NCBI GenBank assembly: GCA_041687495.1 | Contig: JAWLBR010000005.1 | Coordinates: 601 to 64,600 of the forward strand | DNA from: Limnochordia bacterium | GTDB taxonomy: Bacteria; Bacillota; Limnochordia; DTU087; JAAYGB01 | Direction of reading: 5' to 3' | Length of the DNA: 64,000 nucleotides | Shown: positions 40,499 to 49,916 of the stretch, piece after piece | Numbering within the stretch: position 1 is the first letter of the stretch | How the letters are laid out: every line of letters starts with the position of its first letter | Made by a program: the position numbers and the translations under genes | Notes under the pieces: model-generated | The model's input: the letters and a program-made list of their open reading frames with translations, nothing else | Told to the model about the DNA's origin: nothing | Database searches by the model: none

Positions 40499-42289
40499 AT
40501 GAGTCTATTCCAAGTTTGGGATCTTGAGGTGTTCTTCCCCGGAGGGAGCAGTTCACCGGAGTTTGGGGAGTATCTAGTTGGTCTTGACTCCGATCTGCGA
40601 ACGATCGTTAGTCAGGTCAAGGGCCTGTCTGAAGGGCAGGGTATGGCAAACGCCCAGTGGAAAACATTGCTCGACGCAATCCAGGACGTGTCTTCCCGGC
40701 TGCAAGAAGCTTCTGCCTTCGTCGGTTGTCTCTTAGCCCAAGACGTTAACGACAATGGGGCGAAACAGTTAATCGGACAGGTATCCCAGCTCGAAGCCCT
40801 GTGGAAAACACTGTTTACCCATGTTGATGACCAACTGGCCCGGTTGAGTCCAGCGGATCTTGAAAACCTGCTTTCTGATCCTGCCATCGCCTCCATTGCC
40901 TTTGCCCTACGAGAGCGAAGCCAATTGGCTAAAGACAAACTCCCGCCTCAGATCGAGTCCGTCGTCAACGATTTATCGGTTGACGGCTACCATGCCTGGG
41001 GAGAGCTCTACAACCAAGTTTCCGGGCAGATCAAAGTTCCGGTCAACATCGACGGCGAGTCTAAGGAACTCTCGGTGGGTCAAGCGGCCAATCGGCTGGC
41101 CGACTCGGATAGAGCAGTCCGCTCCCATGTCTTTACTCAATACGAGGCGGCATGGAGTCAAGCGGCAGATACCTGCGCCAGTGCTTTAAACCACTTGGCC
41201 GGCTACCGGATCAGCCTATATCAAAATCGCGGCTGGGACTCCATTCTTAAAGAGCCGCTGGAGATGAACCGTATTTCCGCCGACATTCTTGATGCCATGT
41301 GGGATGCCGTCAGCCAAGCCAAGCCCCAGCTGGTCAAGTACTTGCAGCGCAAGGCTCAACTCTTGGGGTTGAAACAGTTGAGCTGGTTCGATGTTGACGC
41401 TCCCGTGGGACAGGCCGCAACCAAAATGACCTACGGGCAGGCAGCAGAGTTTATCCTGGACCAATTCTCCAGGTTTAGTCCGAAGATGGCCGACTTTGCC
41501 CAGATGGCTTTTGCCCAGAGGTGGATCGAAGCCGAAGACCGTCCGGGTAAGCGGGCTGGCGGATTTTGCACCACCTTCAGTGAGAGCAAACAGTCCCGCA
41601 TCTTTATGACATTTGACGGTGCGCCGTCGACAGTGGCTACCTTAGCCCATGAACTGGGCCACGGATACCACTCCTGGGTAATGCGAGACCTGCCGCATCT
41701 GATTCAGGATTACCCCATGAATTTGGCAGAAACCGCGTCAACCTTCGCTGAGGCCATTGTTGCCGATGCTGCGATCAAGCAGGCCCAGACCCAAGAAGAA
41801 AAGATAGCTCTACTGGAAGACAAGGTTAGCCGCAGCGTGGCCTTCTTCATGAATATTCACGCCCGTTTCATTTTCGAGCGCAACTTCTACCAGGAAAGGG
41901 CTAAAGGGCTGATCAGCGCTCAAGATCTTAACGATCTGATGCTAAGTGCTCAGAAGGAAGCCTATTTGGATAGTTTGGACGTATACCACCCATACTTCTG
42001 GGCCTCCAAACTCCACTTCTATCTGACGGATGTCCCATTCTACAACTTCCCGTATACCTTTGGATACTTGTTCAGCTATGCCGTATACGCCAAAGCCTTG
42101 GAGGAAGGCCCCCAATTTGCCGACCGATATGTAGCACTTCTACAAGACACCGGCAGGATGACGGCCAACGATCTGGCCAGGAAACACTTGGGGGTGGAGC
42201 TGGCTGATCAAGACTTCTGGGCAGCAACAGTGAATCTGGTCACCAAAGACATCTCAGACTTTCTTGCGCTAACCGAAGATACTAAGTAA
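40499..42289 (+). CDS. pepF: Oligoendopeptidase F (M3B family)
   Basis: HELGHGYH zinc motif. About 596 aa counted from ATG 40499 (AGGTGG upstream). Confidence 0.9.
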   Translation: MSLFQVWDLEVFFPGGSSSPEFGEYLVGLDSDLRTIVSQVKGLSEGQGMANAQWKTLLDAIQDVSSRLQEASAFVGCLLAQDVNDNGAKQLIGQVSQLEALWKTLFTHVDDQLARLSPADLENLLSDPAIASIAFALRERSQLAKDKLPPQIESVVNDLSVDGYHAWGELYNQVSGQIKVPVNIDGESKELSVGQAANRLADSDRAVRSHVFTQYEAAWSQAADTCASALNHLAGYRISLYQNRGWDSILKEPLEMNRISADILDAMWDAVSQAKPQLVKYLQRKAQLLGLKQLSWFDVDAPVGQAATKMTYGQAAEFILDQFSRFSPKMADFAQMAFAQRWIEAEDRPGKRAGGFCTTFSESKQSRIFMTFDGAPSTVATLAHELGHGYHSWVMRDLPHLIQDYPMNLAETASTFAEAIVADAAIKQAQTQEEKIALLEDKVSRSVAFFMNIHARFIFERNFYQERAKGLISAQDLNDLMLSAQKEAYLDSLDVYHPYFWASKLHFYLTDVPFYNFPYTFGYLFSYAVYAKALEEGPQFADRYVALLQDTGRMTANDLARKHLGVELADQDFWAATVNLVTKDISDFLALTEDTK

Positions 42290-42295
42290 GAAGAT

Positions 42296-42331
42296 CAGGG
42301 CAGGGGGTTCACTGCGAACCTACCTGCCCTG
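42296..42331. terminator. Hairpin between convergent pepF and HTH genes
   Basis: CAGGGCAGG...CCTGCCCTG. Confidence 0.5.
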
Positions 42332-42365
42332 TCACTGGTTGTCCAGGTGACACTAATCTCCGCAA

Positions 42366-42626
42366 TTAGTTATCGCTCTCTAGGTCGATATCCTCTTCCT
42401 CTTCGTTGTCATCTTCTGCTCCAAACAGTGCGAGAGGATCGCCCTCCAGAATGATGACAACTTCGTAGCCCTTCTTCTTGGCTCGGTTCAGCAGAGTGCC
42501 TACAGTACCCTCAGTTAGGTGCAAGCGCTTGGCCACCTGCCTACTGCTGGCTCCCATTTCCTTCAGCGCAGCCACCTGCCGTTCTCGGAAACTGAGCCTC
42601 TCTACACCGCGGATTTCAATCTTCAT
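42366..42626 (-). CDS. Small HTH DNA-binding protein (sigma-70 region 4 / LuxR / Tfx-like) with acidic tail
   Basis: 86 aa, LSFRERQVAALKEMGASSRQVAKRLHLTEGTVGTLLNRAKKK, with the C-terminal tail EDDNEEEEDIDLESDN. Confidence 0.75.
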   Translation of the reverse strand: MKIEIRGVERLSFRERQVAALKEMGASSRQVAKRLHLTEGTVGTLLNRAKKKGYEVVIILEGDPLALFGAEDDNEEEEDIDLESDN

Positions 42627-42670
42627 TGCTCCACCGCCGAACTCTAGACTTCTCTACTTTTTTCAGATAG

Positions 42671-42702
42671 TTATCAACAGGCTGTGGATAACCTGTGGAC
42701 AA
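42671..42702. promoter_or_regulatory. DnaA-box cluster (three boxes) upstream of the HTH gene
   Basis: TTATCAACA at 42671 (1 mismatch). TGTGGATAA at 42683 (rc is a perfect TTATCCACA). TGTGGACAA at 42694 (rc TTGTCCACA). Spacing is 12 and 11 bp, and the cluster lies 45-76 nt upstream of ATG 42626. Confidence 0.6.
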
Positions 42703-42804
42703 AACTAATACAAAACCTGTACAAATCCGATACGCTTACCTACTGGCTACGTTCAGCGGGAACCCAAAGGATCCTTCCCTGAGTTCTGGCAAAGTGAGCA
42801 AGTC

Positions 42805-42844
42805 AAGAAAAAATGGCGGCTCCCGTATTGCACGGTGCCACCAT
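42805..42844 (-). terminator. Intrinsic terminator of the HD-GYP/methyltransferase operon
   Basis: The minus strand reads ATGGTGGC...GCCGCCAT followed by TTTTTTC. Confidence 0.65.
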
Positions 42845-42865
42845 CTTGTCATCAACCGCGGTAGA

Positions 42866-43567
42866 TCATACCGAATGGGTTCGATGCATTACCACGAAAT
42901 CAACGTAGTTTTGGTACACAATTTGAAAGCCAAAGCTTGTTCCAATCCACTCAAACGTAAGCGGAGAGTAAAAAGCTACATGGGTTGGGTCTCTCACGTA
43001 CCACCAAGTCCGCAGGTCAGTCTCTGCAGTACGCTGGCGGGTCATAATCGCCAGATAGCCTCCAGGCGCCAACGTCTGGCAGATCTGAAGCAACTCGTTC
43101 TTGGGATTGGCAAAATGCTCGAAGGCCTCAGTAGAGATGACCAGATCATAGGGGCCGGTCAAGTCGGTATTGGCAGCAAAATAGGGGTCGTAACCCGAGG
43201 CTGTGTAGCCCTCTCGGTTGAGGAGTTCTACAAGCACCGGTCCGGGGCCGCAGCCGTAGTCTAAGACCGTCTTAACCTCGGGACAATACTGCTCCAGGAT
43301 TGGGAAATTCCTGGTGAACATGTTGACATAACCTTCGTTGTCAATGGTGTTGTTGTGTTGACTGTACCGGTATTTTTCTTCTTCCGGTGCCAGCTGTTGG
43401 TCCTTGGGGACAAAGGTTAGGTCACACCTGCCGCACCGATAGTAGTCTTGAACATCACGAGAAAGCTCAAAACCCGCCGAATATCCACACAAAGGACACG
43501 GGCGGGTCTTTTCGCCTAACGGATCGCTGGTCAATTTACGCATCCTCCCACTGATCAAACTAACCAC
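42866..43567 (-). CDS. Class I SAM-dependent methyltransferase with N-terminal Zn-ribbon
   Basis: CPLCGY...CGRCDL ribbon and LDYGCGPGP motif I. The start is uncertain (GTG 43567, or the downstream ATG or TTG). Confidence 0.82.
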   Translation of the reverse strand: MVSLISGRMRKLTSDPLGEKTRPCPLCGYSAGFELSRDVQDYYRCGRCDLTFVPKDQQLAPEEEKYRYSQHNNTIDNEGYVNMFTRNFPILEQYCPEVKTVLDYGCGPGPVLVELLNREGYTASGYDPYFAANTDLTGPYDLVISTEAFEHFANPKNELLQICQTLAPGGYLAIMTRQRTAETDLRTWWYVRDPTHVAFYSPLTFEWIGTSFGFQIVYQNYVDFVVMHRTHSV

Positions 43568-43569
43568 TT

Positions 43570-44841
43570 CTAGCCCGAGACCGTTTCCGCATGCAGTGGC
43601 TGGGAAGAAGGCAGAGCCTCATTCGAGCTGTGGGCCAAGTCATCAATATCGTTGAGCATCCCTAGGAAGATTTCCACCACCCGAGGGTCCAGCTGCGTTC
43701 CCCGAGCTTTCTCCAATTCCTGCACAGCCTCGGACTTACTCAGTGGTCGCCGGTAACACCTCTCACCGGTCATCGCATCCCACGTATCAGCTACAGCCAC
43801 AATTCTCGCCTCTAGGGGGATATTCTCTCCACTGATACCGTCGGGATACCCCTGCCCATCGTAGCGTTCGTGATGAAAGCGCACAATATTCTTGATCATC
43901 TCCCGCCGACTCTCTTCAATGGGTATGGAGTCAATAAACTCCACCCCTTTCTGCGGGTGGGCCTTAATGGCTTCGTATTCAACTGGAGTCAATCGGCCAG
44001 GTTTCTTGAGAATGGAGTCTGCGATCTCCAGCTTACCAATGTCATGCAGGTAGCAAGCCTCATCAAATACAGGCATCTTCCACACTGGATATCCACACTT
44101 ACGAGCAAGGTGCTTGCTGTAGTAAGCAACCCGTTCCAGATGAGCAACGAGCGTGTCATCCTTTGACTGGCTGGCCCGCAACAGTGAGCGAATTAGGGCA
44201 ATTCGGTACCTATGCTCAATATGGTGAAAAAGCACATTGGATCGAACGGCGACAAAGACCACATACGCTGCGATGACACCCCAGACCGAAAAGTACAAGT
44301 ACAGATAGTAGAACATAAAGGCAAGGGCGCCGGATGGGAGAAATGTCTTGAGTGCATCCACAGCACAGTACAAGTATTCGCGGTCTTCGGGCTGAGAGAT
44401 GAACTTAGCCACAAGATAGGCGCCAGTATTGCAGGCGATAAAGACCAAAGTGCTCAGCAAGACCAGCATGTTCATATTGGACGGGACAGCATGAAACACT
44501 AGGCTGGCCATGACGGCAGCAGTAACGAAAGAACCTCGGTTAAAGGCGAACACGGACCAATGGGATCTAGTCTCGTGAATGTCGATGACACCCAAGCCCG
44601 CCACAATTCCTCCCCAAAAGGGGCCAAACTCCGCAATGACCGGAAATAACAGCGGAAAGTTCACCGAAAAGGCGCCTTCATTGTTGCTAATAGCTTCGTG
44701 GTTATTTGCCCACAGAAGCAAAATGAAAAGGATGATCTCAACCCGAAAAGCAGACTGATGAACACCCCAACTGCTTCCTAGGAAGTACAGGCCGGCGATG
44801 AAAATAGCGATCTTATAGAAATTAAACAGCCGTTCCCGCAT
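43570..44841 (-). CDS. Membrane-bound HD-GYP domain protein (putative c-di-GMP phosphodiesterase) with polytopic N-terminal domain
   Basis: HDIGKLEI and HHERYDGQGYP motifs. The N-terminal ~220 aa is a run of hydrophobic helices. ATG 44841 has GGGAGGTG 7 nt upstream. Confidence 0.88.
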   Translation of the reverse strand: MRERLFNFYKIAIFIAGLYFLGSSWGVHQSAFRVEIILFILLLWANNHEAISNNEGAFSVNFPLLFPVIAEFGPFWGGIVAGLGVIDIHETRSHWSVFAFNRGSFVTAAVMASLVFHAVPSNMNMLVLLSTLVFIACNTGAYLVAKFISQPEDREYLYCAVDALKTFLPSGALAFMFYYLYLYFSVWGVIAAYVVFVAVRSNVLFHHIEHRYRIALIRSLLRASQSKDDTLVAHLERVAYYSKHLARKCGYPVWKMPVFDEACYLHDIGKLEIADSILKKPGRLTPVEYEAIKAHPQKGVEFIDSIPIEESRREMIKNIVRFHHERYDGQGYPDGISGENIPLEARIVAVADTWDAMTGERCYRRPLSKSEAVQELEKARGTQLDPRVVEIFLGMLNDIDDLAHSSNEALPSSQPLHAETVSG

Positions 44842-44900
44842 AAACCAACACCTCCCAGGGCAATATATGGAAAACCCTCCGGCGACGGTCACGTTTGCAC

Positions 44901-44990
44901 TTACCGCAGGCGACAGCTGTCTGCGAAAGCACTCAGCGTGTAAGCCAAAGTCAGAGCTGCACTCAGCATCGCGACTACCAGCTTTTTCAT
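44901..44990 (-). CDS. 29-aa signal-peptide micro-ORF (candidate exported peptide; not in the ORF track)
   Basis: My own translation gives MKKLVVAMLSAALTLAYTLSAFADSCRLR*. GGGGGAGG lies 7 nt upstream. It has a KK n-region, a hydrophobic core and an AFA-D cleavage-type site. Confidence 0.5.
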   Translation of the reverse strand: MKKLVVAMLSAALTLAYTLSAFADSCRLR

Positions 44991-45073
44991 AGCTATAACC
45001 TCCCCCATTTTGCAGAATGGGTTCGGTTGTGTATGAATTCGATTCGGTTAGGTCCGGAGGGCTTTCTTTCTAG

Positions 45074-45703
45074 TTAACAACGAACCCTTCTGTTCAGTGC
45101 GTCCAGGCTCGCCCTAACCGTACTTAACAGAAGATCGTCTTTGTTCTCCACTACACCCAATAGTTCCGTGGTCTCTCCGTAGGGATCCGTGTATGCGACT
45201 TTCACAACCAACAGTGGGTACCGGTTCAGCGGCACCGAAGCCTCAGTAATAAAAAGCAAGGTCACCTGTCCCAGCCCCAGCTGATCGAAAGCCTGCTTAA
45301 AGGCAGAAAAGCCGCTCTCCAGCTTGTCCCTACCCAACACACTGCGGCCGACCGTAACCTCATCGGCAAAGTCTAACTCCACCCATACTTCTGGAGGATT
45401 AAGAAACTTAGTATAAGCCGCAATGATCTTGATTCGGTTGGGCTGCGCGCTCCCGGGTTCTCCCGTACCGTCCAGTTCAAGAACCTTAACCTTCCGGTAG
45501 TCAAGTTTGATATCGTACTCAAGGGCCAGTAAGCCGGTAATCGACCGGACTACAGACTTAATTTGCTGCAGTCGGGCTTCCTCGTCCCTACCGGTGATCA
45601 GCGCCGACACTACCACCTGGTCGATACTACCATCCGCCAACGTAATTCGGCAGCTGTGTACGCCTGGTAGTTTGGCTATCGATTTTTCGGCGTCATCCCA
45701 CAT
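45074..45703 (-). CDS. Hypothetical protein (about 209 aa)
   Basis: The ORF runs to 45733. ATG 45703 has AGGGGG upstream. I recognise no catalytic motif. Confidence 0.6.
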   Translation of the reverse strand: MWDDAEKSIAKLPGVHSCRITLADGSIDQVVVSALITGRDEEARLQQIKSVVRSITGLLALEYDIKLDYRKVKVLELDGTGEPGSAQPNRIKIIAAYTKFLNPPEVWVELDFADEVTVGRSVLGRDKLESGFSAFKQAFDQLGLGQVTLLFITEASVPLNRYPLLVVKVAYTDPYGETTELLGVVENKDDLLLSTVRASLDALNRRVRC

Positions 45704-46061
45704 CCCTAGGCCCCCTACCAAAAGCTCCCACATAGATTCGTTTTAGGGTTCGAGGTGAAACCGGGGATTCCTTCCTCTAGAAGAGAAAATGACCCCTAAA
45801 GACACTCATTGGCAAACAAAATCAAATCCTTTTAGAAGTTAAACTTTAACAGGACCGACACAGGTACACCGTTCCAAAAAGAGGGCAAAGCTAAGCTAGG
45901 AGCAGATCAGCGCCGCAACTTCCCCCTTTTTCGCGCAGTCTTGCCCCGGCCCATGAATCGCAGGATATTCCATCGGAAAGCCGAAATATGTTTGTAACAA
46001 CATCATAATATCTGGAAAGGTGACCATTGTCGCCATGTTCCATATACAGGGAGGTTTCATT

Positions 46062-46994
46062 GTGAGCAACACTATTCGCGTGACTGTGTGGAATGAGTAT
46101 CGCCACGAAACAGCTCATGCCAAGATGAATGAGCAGCTTCCCCACGGTATTCGAGCAGCCATTGACAAGTATCTCGAGACCGGAGAGGAAGTAAACGAGT
46201 ATTACCCCCAAGGAGTTCCGGCAGTAATTAAATGGATGGTAAAAAGCAACGAGGATCAGCGTAACAACCCGCAGTTTTTCTACGACAGAGCTGATCGATA
46301 CGTCGAGAATAACAAGACCATCGCTGAGGTCTACCCGAACGGAATCCATGCAGCAATAGCTGAGTTTTTGGGCAACAATCCAGACATGGAAGTTCGGACT
46401 GCAACCCTGGACGAGCCAGAGCATGGCTTAACCGACGAGGTCATTGAGAACACCGATGTATTGATCTGGTGGGGACATGTTGCCCACCACGAAGTGAACG
46501 ATGAGATCGTCGAGAAGCTGAAGAAGCGCGTTCTAGAAGGAATGGGACTTATCGTCCTACACTCTGGCCACTTCTCCAAGATCTTCAAGACTCTGATGGG
46601 TACCACCTGTGATATTAAGTGGCGGGAAGCCGGTGAGCGGGAGCGGATCTGGGTTGTTGAACCTGGACACCCCATCGCATCTGGGCTACCCCAGTACTTT
46701 GAGGTTCCCCAAACCGAGATGTACGGCGAGAGATTTGACATTCCTGCCCCAGACACTTTGGTCTTTGTCAGCTGGTTCCAAGGCGGAGAGGTCTTCCGCA
46801 GCGGCTGCTGCTATAACCGGGGTAACGGTAAGGTCTTCTACTTCCGTCCAGGGCATGAGTCGTTCCCGATCTTCAAGCAGCCTGAGATCCAGACGGTGCT
46901 GAACAACGCTGTGCGTTGGGCAGCTCCCAATGGCGGGCCGCAGCATGTTTTCGGTAACGTCAAGCCCCTTGAAAAGTTGGATATTGAGGAGTAA
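46062..46994 (+). CDS. ThuA-domain (trehalose-utilisation-like) protein
   Basis: [12 protein letters not shown]... N-terminus and a class I glutamine-amidotransferase-like ThuA pattern. GTG 46062 has AGGGAGG 7 nt upstream. Confidence 0.8.
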   Translation: MSNTIRVTVWNEYRHETAHAKMNEQLPHGIRAAIDKYLETGEEVNEYYPQGVPAVIKWMVKSNEDQRNNPQFFYDRADRYVENNKTIAEVYPNGIHAAIAEFLGNNPDMEVRTATLDEPEHGLTDEVIENTDVLIWWGHVAHHEVNDEIVEKLKKRVLEGMGLIVLHSGHFSKIFKTLMGTTCDIKWREAGERERIWVVEPGHPIASGLPQYFEVPQTEMYGERFDIPAPDTLVFVSWFQGGEVFRSGCCYNRGNGKVFYFRPGHESFPIFKQPEIQTVLNNAVRWAAPNGGPQHVFGNVKPLEKLDIEE

Positions 46995-47057
46995 TCTGCA
47001 AAGGTGGGCAAGGTGCCCGCACCACCCGTAGAGAGCCAATAGATGCGTGGGTCTACC

Positions 47058-47097
47058 GCCGCCCTTCTTGATCATTCAAGGAGGGCGGTTCCTTTTC
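47058..47097 (+). terminator. Intrinsic terminator after thuA
   Basis: A 14-bp stem GCCGCCCTTCTTGA-TCAT-TCAAGGAGGGCGGT followed by TCCTTTTCC. Confidence 0.8.
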
Positions 47098-47287
47098 CAA
47101 CCTGTTGCTTCCGACTCTGGCTCCTTTTCTTGCTGTAACCACTAGGACTTTGGTCGCATAAACTGGCGAAGCAGCAGCTAGGGGGTGAAGCGGTGGGTAA
47201 GTTCAGAACTAGGATCGATTGGTTGGCAGTGTTTTTTGCCTTTGGTGTTACTGCTTTGGTCAAAACCGATATCATCGGGAACGTGCC

Positions 47288-48373
47288 ATGGTAGTCCATA
47301 GACAGAATTCAGACCGATTAGGGGGGGATGATTTGGCAGATAGCAGCACCACTCTGGTCAAATCCATATCGCTGGAACCGCTTCTGCGCGTCTTCAAATT
47401 CGTCCCTGGAGTCCTGCTACTATTGGCCATTGGACTGGCTGGAAAGACAGTGGCAGGTTATATCCCTCACACTGAGTATGTCCTGTTTGCCATCGCCTTT
47501 GGTGCCTTGGTAAGCAACCTAATCACTGTTCCAGCCGTATTTCTACCGGGCCTGCGGACGTATGAGTTTTGGCTCAAATCAGGCATAGTTCTCATGGGGG
47601 CTAACTTGGCCATTCAGAACGTCCTGCAGATCGGACTCACAGGTCTGCTCCTGGTCATCACCGAAATGGTCATCGCCATTACCACAGCTCGCTTGCTAGC
47701 GAGGGGCTTTCACCTGTCTGATCGGCTGGGTAGCCTAATTGGCATCGGCGTGGGCATCTGTGGAGTCTCCGCCATCATCGGAGCTACCGGGGCCATTGAC
47801 GCTGACGAGGAAGACGCCACCTATGCCATCGCCACCATACTAATTTTCGGCGCCATCATGGTGTTCCTGTATCCGCTTCTCGGGTCCGTGATAGGAATGA
47901 CTGACCAGGTCTTCGGCTTTTGGACTGGACTGTCAGTGGATAACACCGCTGAGGCTGTTGCCACTGGATTTGCCTTCTCGGAAGGCGCAGGGAATATTAG
48001 TACCGTCGTCAAGCTGTCCCGGAACAGCCTGATGGGGGTCGTGATCTTGGCCTTTGCTTTGGTCTACGCGAAAAAGGGACTGACGAAGGAGATTGAGCAT
48101 AAAGGGAGGTTTGTTTGGGAGCGGTTTCCCAAGTTTGTGTTGGGGTTTTTGCTGCTTTCGGTTTTGGCGAGCATGGGCTTCTTTAGCCCTGCTCAGGTCC
48201 AGAATCTAACGAACCTGTCAAGGTGGGCTTTCTTGCTGTCCTTTGCTGGAGTAGGGATGTCACTGCAATTGACGAAGATGAGAGCCGGCATTCGCCCCTT
48301 CCTAGTGGGCCTGGGAGTGGAGGCAGTGGTTGCGCTAATCACTCTGGGGATGGTTATGACATTCGTCCACTAA
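47288..48373 (+). CDS. YeiH/UPF0324-family integral membrane protein (putative sulfate exporter family)
   Basis: Polytopic protein with a GVGICGVSAI-type motif. The start is ambiguous (ATG 47288 or TTG 47333). Confidence 0.75.
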   Translation: MVVHRQNSDRLGGDDLADSSTTLVKSISLEPLLRVFKFVPGVLLLLAIGLAGKTVAGYIPHTEYVLFAIAFGALVSNLITVPAVFLPGLRTYEFWLKSGIVLMGANLAIQNVLQIGLTGLLLVITEMVIAITTARLLARGFHLSDRLGSLIGIGVGICGVSAIIGATGAIDADEEDATYAIATILIFGAIMVFLYPLLGSVIGMTDQVFGFWTGLSVDNTAEAVATGFAFSEGAGNISTVVKLSRNSLMGVVILAFALVYAKKGLTKEIEHKGRFVWERFPKFVLGFLLLSVLASMGFFSPAQVQNLTNLSRWAFLLSFAGVGMSLQLTKMRAGIRPFLVGLGVEAVVALITLGMVMTFVH

Positions 48374-48415
48374 AGAATAAAAGAAAACGGGGCGGCCAAA
48401 TTCCAGCCGTCCCGT
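48372..48415 (-). terminator. Intrinsic terminator of the oxidoreductase gene
   Basis: A 10-bp stem ACGGGGCGGC/GCCGTCCCGT. The minus strand continues TTTCTTTTATTC. Confidence 0.7.
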
Positions 48416-48429
48416 TGTGGTGCTTCTCC

Positions 48430-49623
48430 TTAACTACGTACCGAAGCCAAATAGTCTTCCCAGATAAAGGCTTTGTCTGGGTTGCTTTCCCGCTCCTGCT
48501 TCCGCAGCTCTTCGAGTAGAGCTCCAAATTCCTCTTCACACACGGGCAGCTCCACCGTCTTACCCCTTACACCGGACAGCAGGATTGCATTAGCCAGCTG
48601 GACCGACTTAATCCCCTCCTCGGCTGGAGAGATTAGTTTCTCTTTGCCCAGGATGGAGTTGACCACGTTTTGGGTTACAAACTTGTGGCCGTGGGGAGTT
48701 TTCGGAACGTCGATCTCGATGATCTCCGGTTGACTGTGGTAGAAGCCGCGATCGCTGGTATCAAGAATCTCCTGAACTGGAGCCTCAGTCTTGTAGAAGG
48801 TGAGCTTATCGCCTTCACAGACTAGCTTGCCGTTCTCTGCTGTGATTTCTAAACGATTGGTTCCCGGGAAGTCGCCGGTTGAAGTCACGAAACTGCCAGT
48901 GGCACCGTTTTCAAATTCCATGATTACGGAGATGTCATCTTCAACGGTGATGTCGTGCCATTTCCCCAAATAAGCTTGGGAAGTCAGCTTGGCTGGTAGC
49001 CCAAAGAACCACTGGAACAGGTCCAAATTGTGCGGGCACTGGTTCATCAGGACACCGCCGCCCTCACCGTTCCAGTTGCCTCGCCAACCACCGGAGTTGT
49101 AGTATGCCTGGGTTCTGAACCATCCAGTAATGATCCAGCTAACCCGACGAATGGCGCCAAGCGTTCCGTCCTCTATGAGCTCCTTGATCTTGATGAAGAC
49201 AGGGTTGGTCCTCATTTGGAACATGGCAGCAAAGATGACATCGGAGTTAGCATGGGCTTCGTTCATCATCCGAGCCTCTTTGGCCGTAATAGCCACTGGC
49301 TTTTCACAAATGACATGGATTCCGTTTTTGAAGGCCTCGATGGCCATCTCCGGGTGGAAGTAGTGCGGTACAGCGATAATCACCGCATCTACCTTGCCAC
49401 TTCGCATCAACTCTTTGTAATCGGTAAACTTGGCAACACTGCTGTCTAGTCCCGCAACATCTGCCTTTTGGTCAAAATCCACTGGGGGGCGGAAGTTGTT
49501 GAACTTCTCGCTGTCGATATCACAAACGGCTGTCAGCTCAGCGTTCTCCAGCTCATGAAAATAAGCCAGGTGCCCCTTCCCCATGTTCCCTAGACCAATA
49601 ATCCCAAAGCGGACCTTATCCAT
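48430..49623 (-). CDS. Gfo/Idh/MocA-family NAD(P)-dependent oxidoreductase
   Basis: N-terminal Rossmann motif VRFGIIGLGNMGKGH and EKP motif ICEKPVA. Confidence 0.88.
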   Translation of the reverse strand: MDKVRFGIIGLGNMGKGHLAYFHELENAELTAVCDIDSEKFNNFRPPVDFDQKADVAGLDSSVAKFTDYKELMRSGKVDAVIIAVPHYFHPEMAIEAFKNGIHVICEKPVAITAKEARMMNEAHANSDVIFAAMFQMRTNPVFIKIKELIEDGTLGAIRRVSWIITGWFRTQAYYNSGGWRGNWNGEGGGVLMNQCPHNLDLFQWFFGLPAKLTSQAYLGKWHDITVEDDISVIMEFENGATGSFVTSTGDFPGTNRLEITAENGKLVCEGDKLTFYKTEAPVQEILDTSDRGFYHSQPEIIEIDVPKTPHGHKFVTQNVVNSILGKEKLISPAEEGIKSVQLANAILLSGVRGKTVELPVCEEEFGALLEELRKQERESNPDKAFIWEDYLASVRS

Positions 49624-49850
49624 AGCCTCTGTCTGACCCCTTTCTCATACAGTCTGCGGCCTTCTCCGGCCATTTCTTTCCAGCTTAAGTCACGGCTATA
49701 CTTCTGCGAAGAAGGTAGGGTTCCTGCGAATTGGAACATTTTTGTGTAGAGGAAATGAATCCACTTGACAATGTGGTATAATGAGCCTAATATTACCGGG
49801 AAAATACATTGGATGCCCCGCTAGGGCTCTGTCTTGAATACGTTGAATCT

Positions 49851-49885
49851 GCCTTTCATGCCTTAGCGCTGAAAGGCTTTTCTCT
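49851..49885 (+). terminator. Intrinsic terminator inside the metH 5' leader (attenuator/riboswitch platform)
   Basis: GCCTTTCA-11 nt-TGAAAGGC followed by TTTTCTCT. It lies downstream of the extended -10 TGTGGTATAAT (49777..49782) and upstream of the RBS AGGAAGGA. Confidence 0.6.
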
Positions 49886-49916
49886 ATCTGAACCGGTACA
49901 GGAAGGAATGAAGCCA

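Noticed and set aside
42695-43264. Listed 189-aa + strand ORF
   Set aside because: It starts inside the DnaA-box cluster, crosses a minus-strand terminator and overlaps the methyltransferase gene, which has clear SAM-binding motifs. It has no RBS.
45891-46424. Listed 177-aa minus-strand ORF
   Set aside because: It overlaps the start of the well-supported thuA gene on the opposite strand. It has no RBS and a Cys/Leu/Val-rich, nonsense-like composition.
49624-49916. S-box expected upstream of metH by analogy with metY
   Set aside because: None of the invariant S-box blocks is present on either strand.
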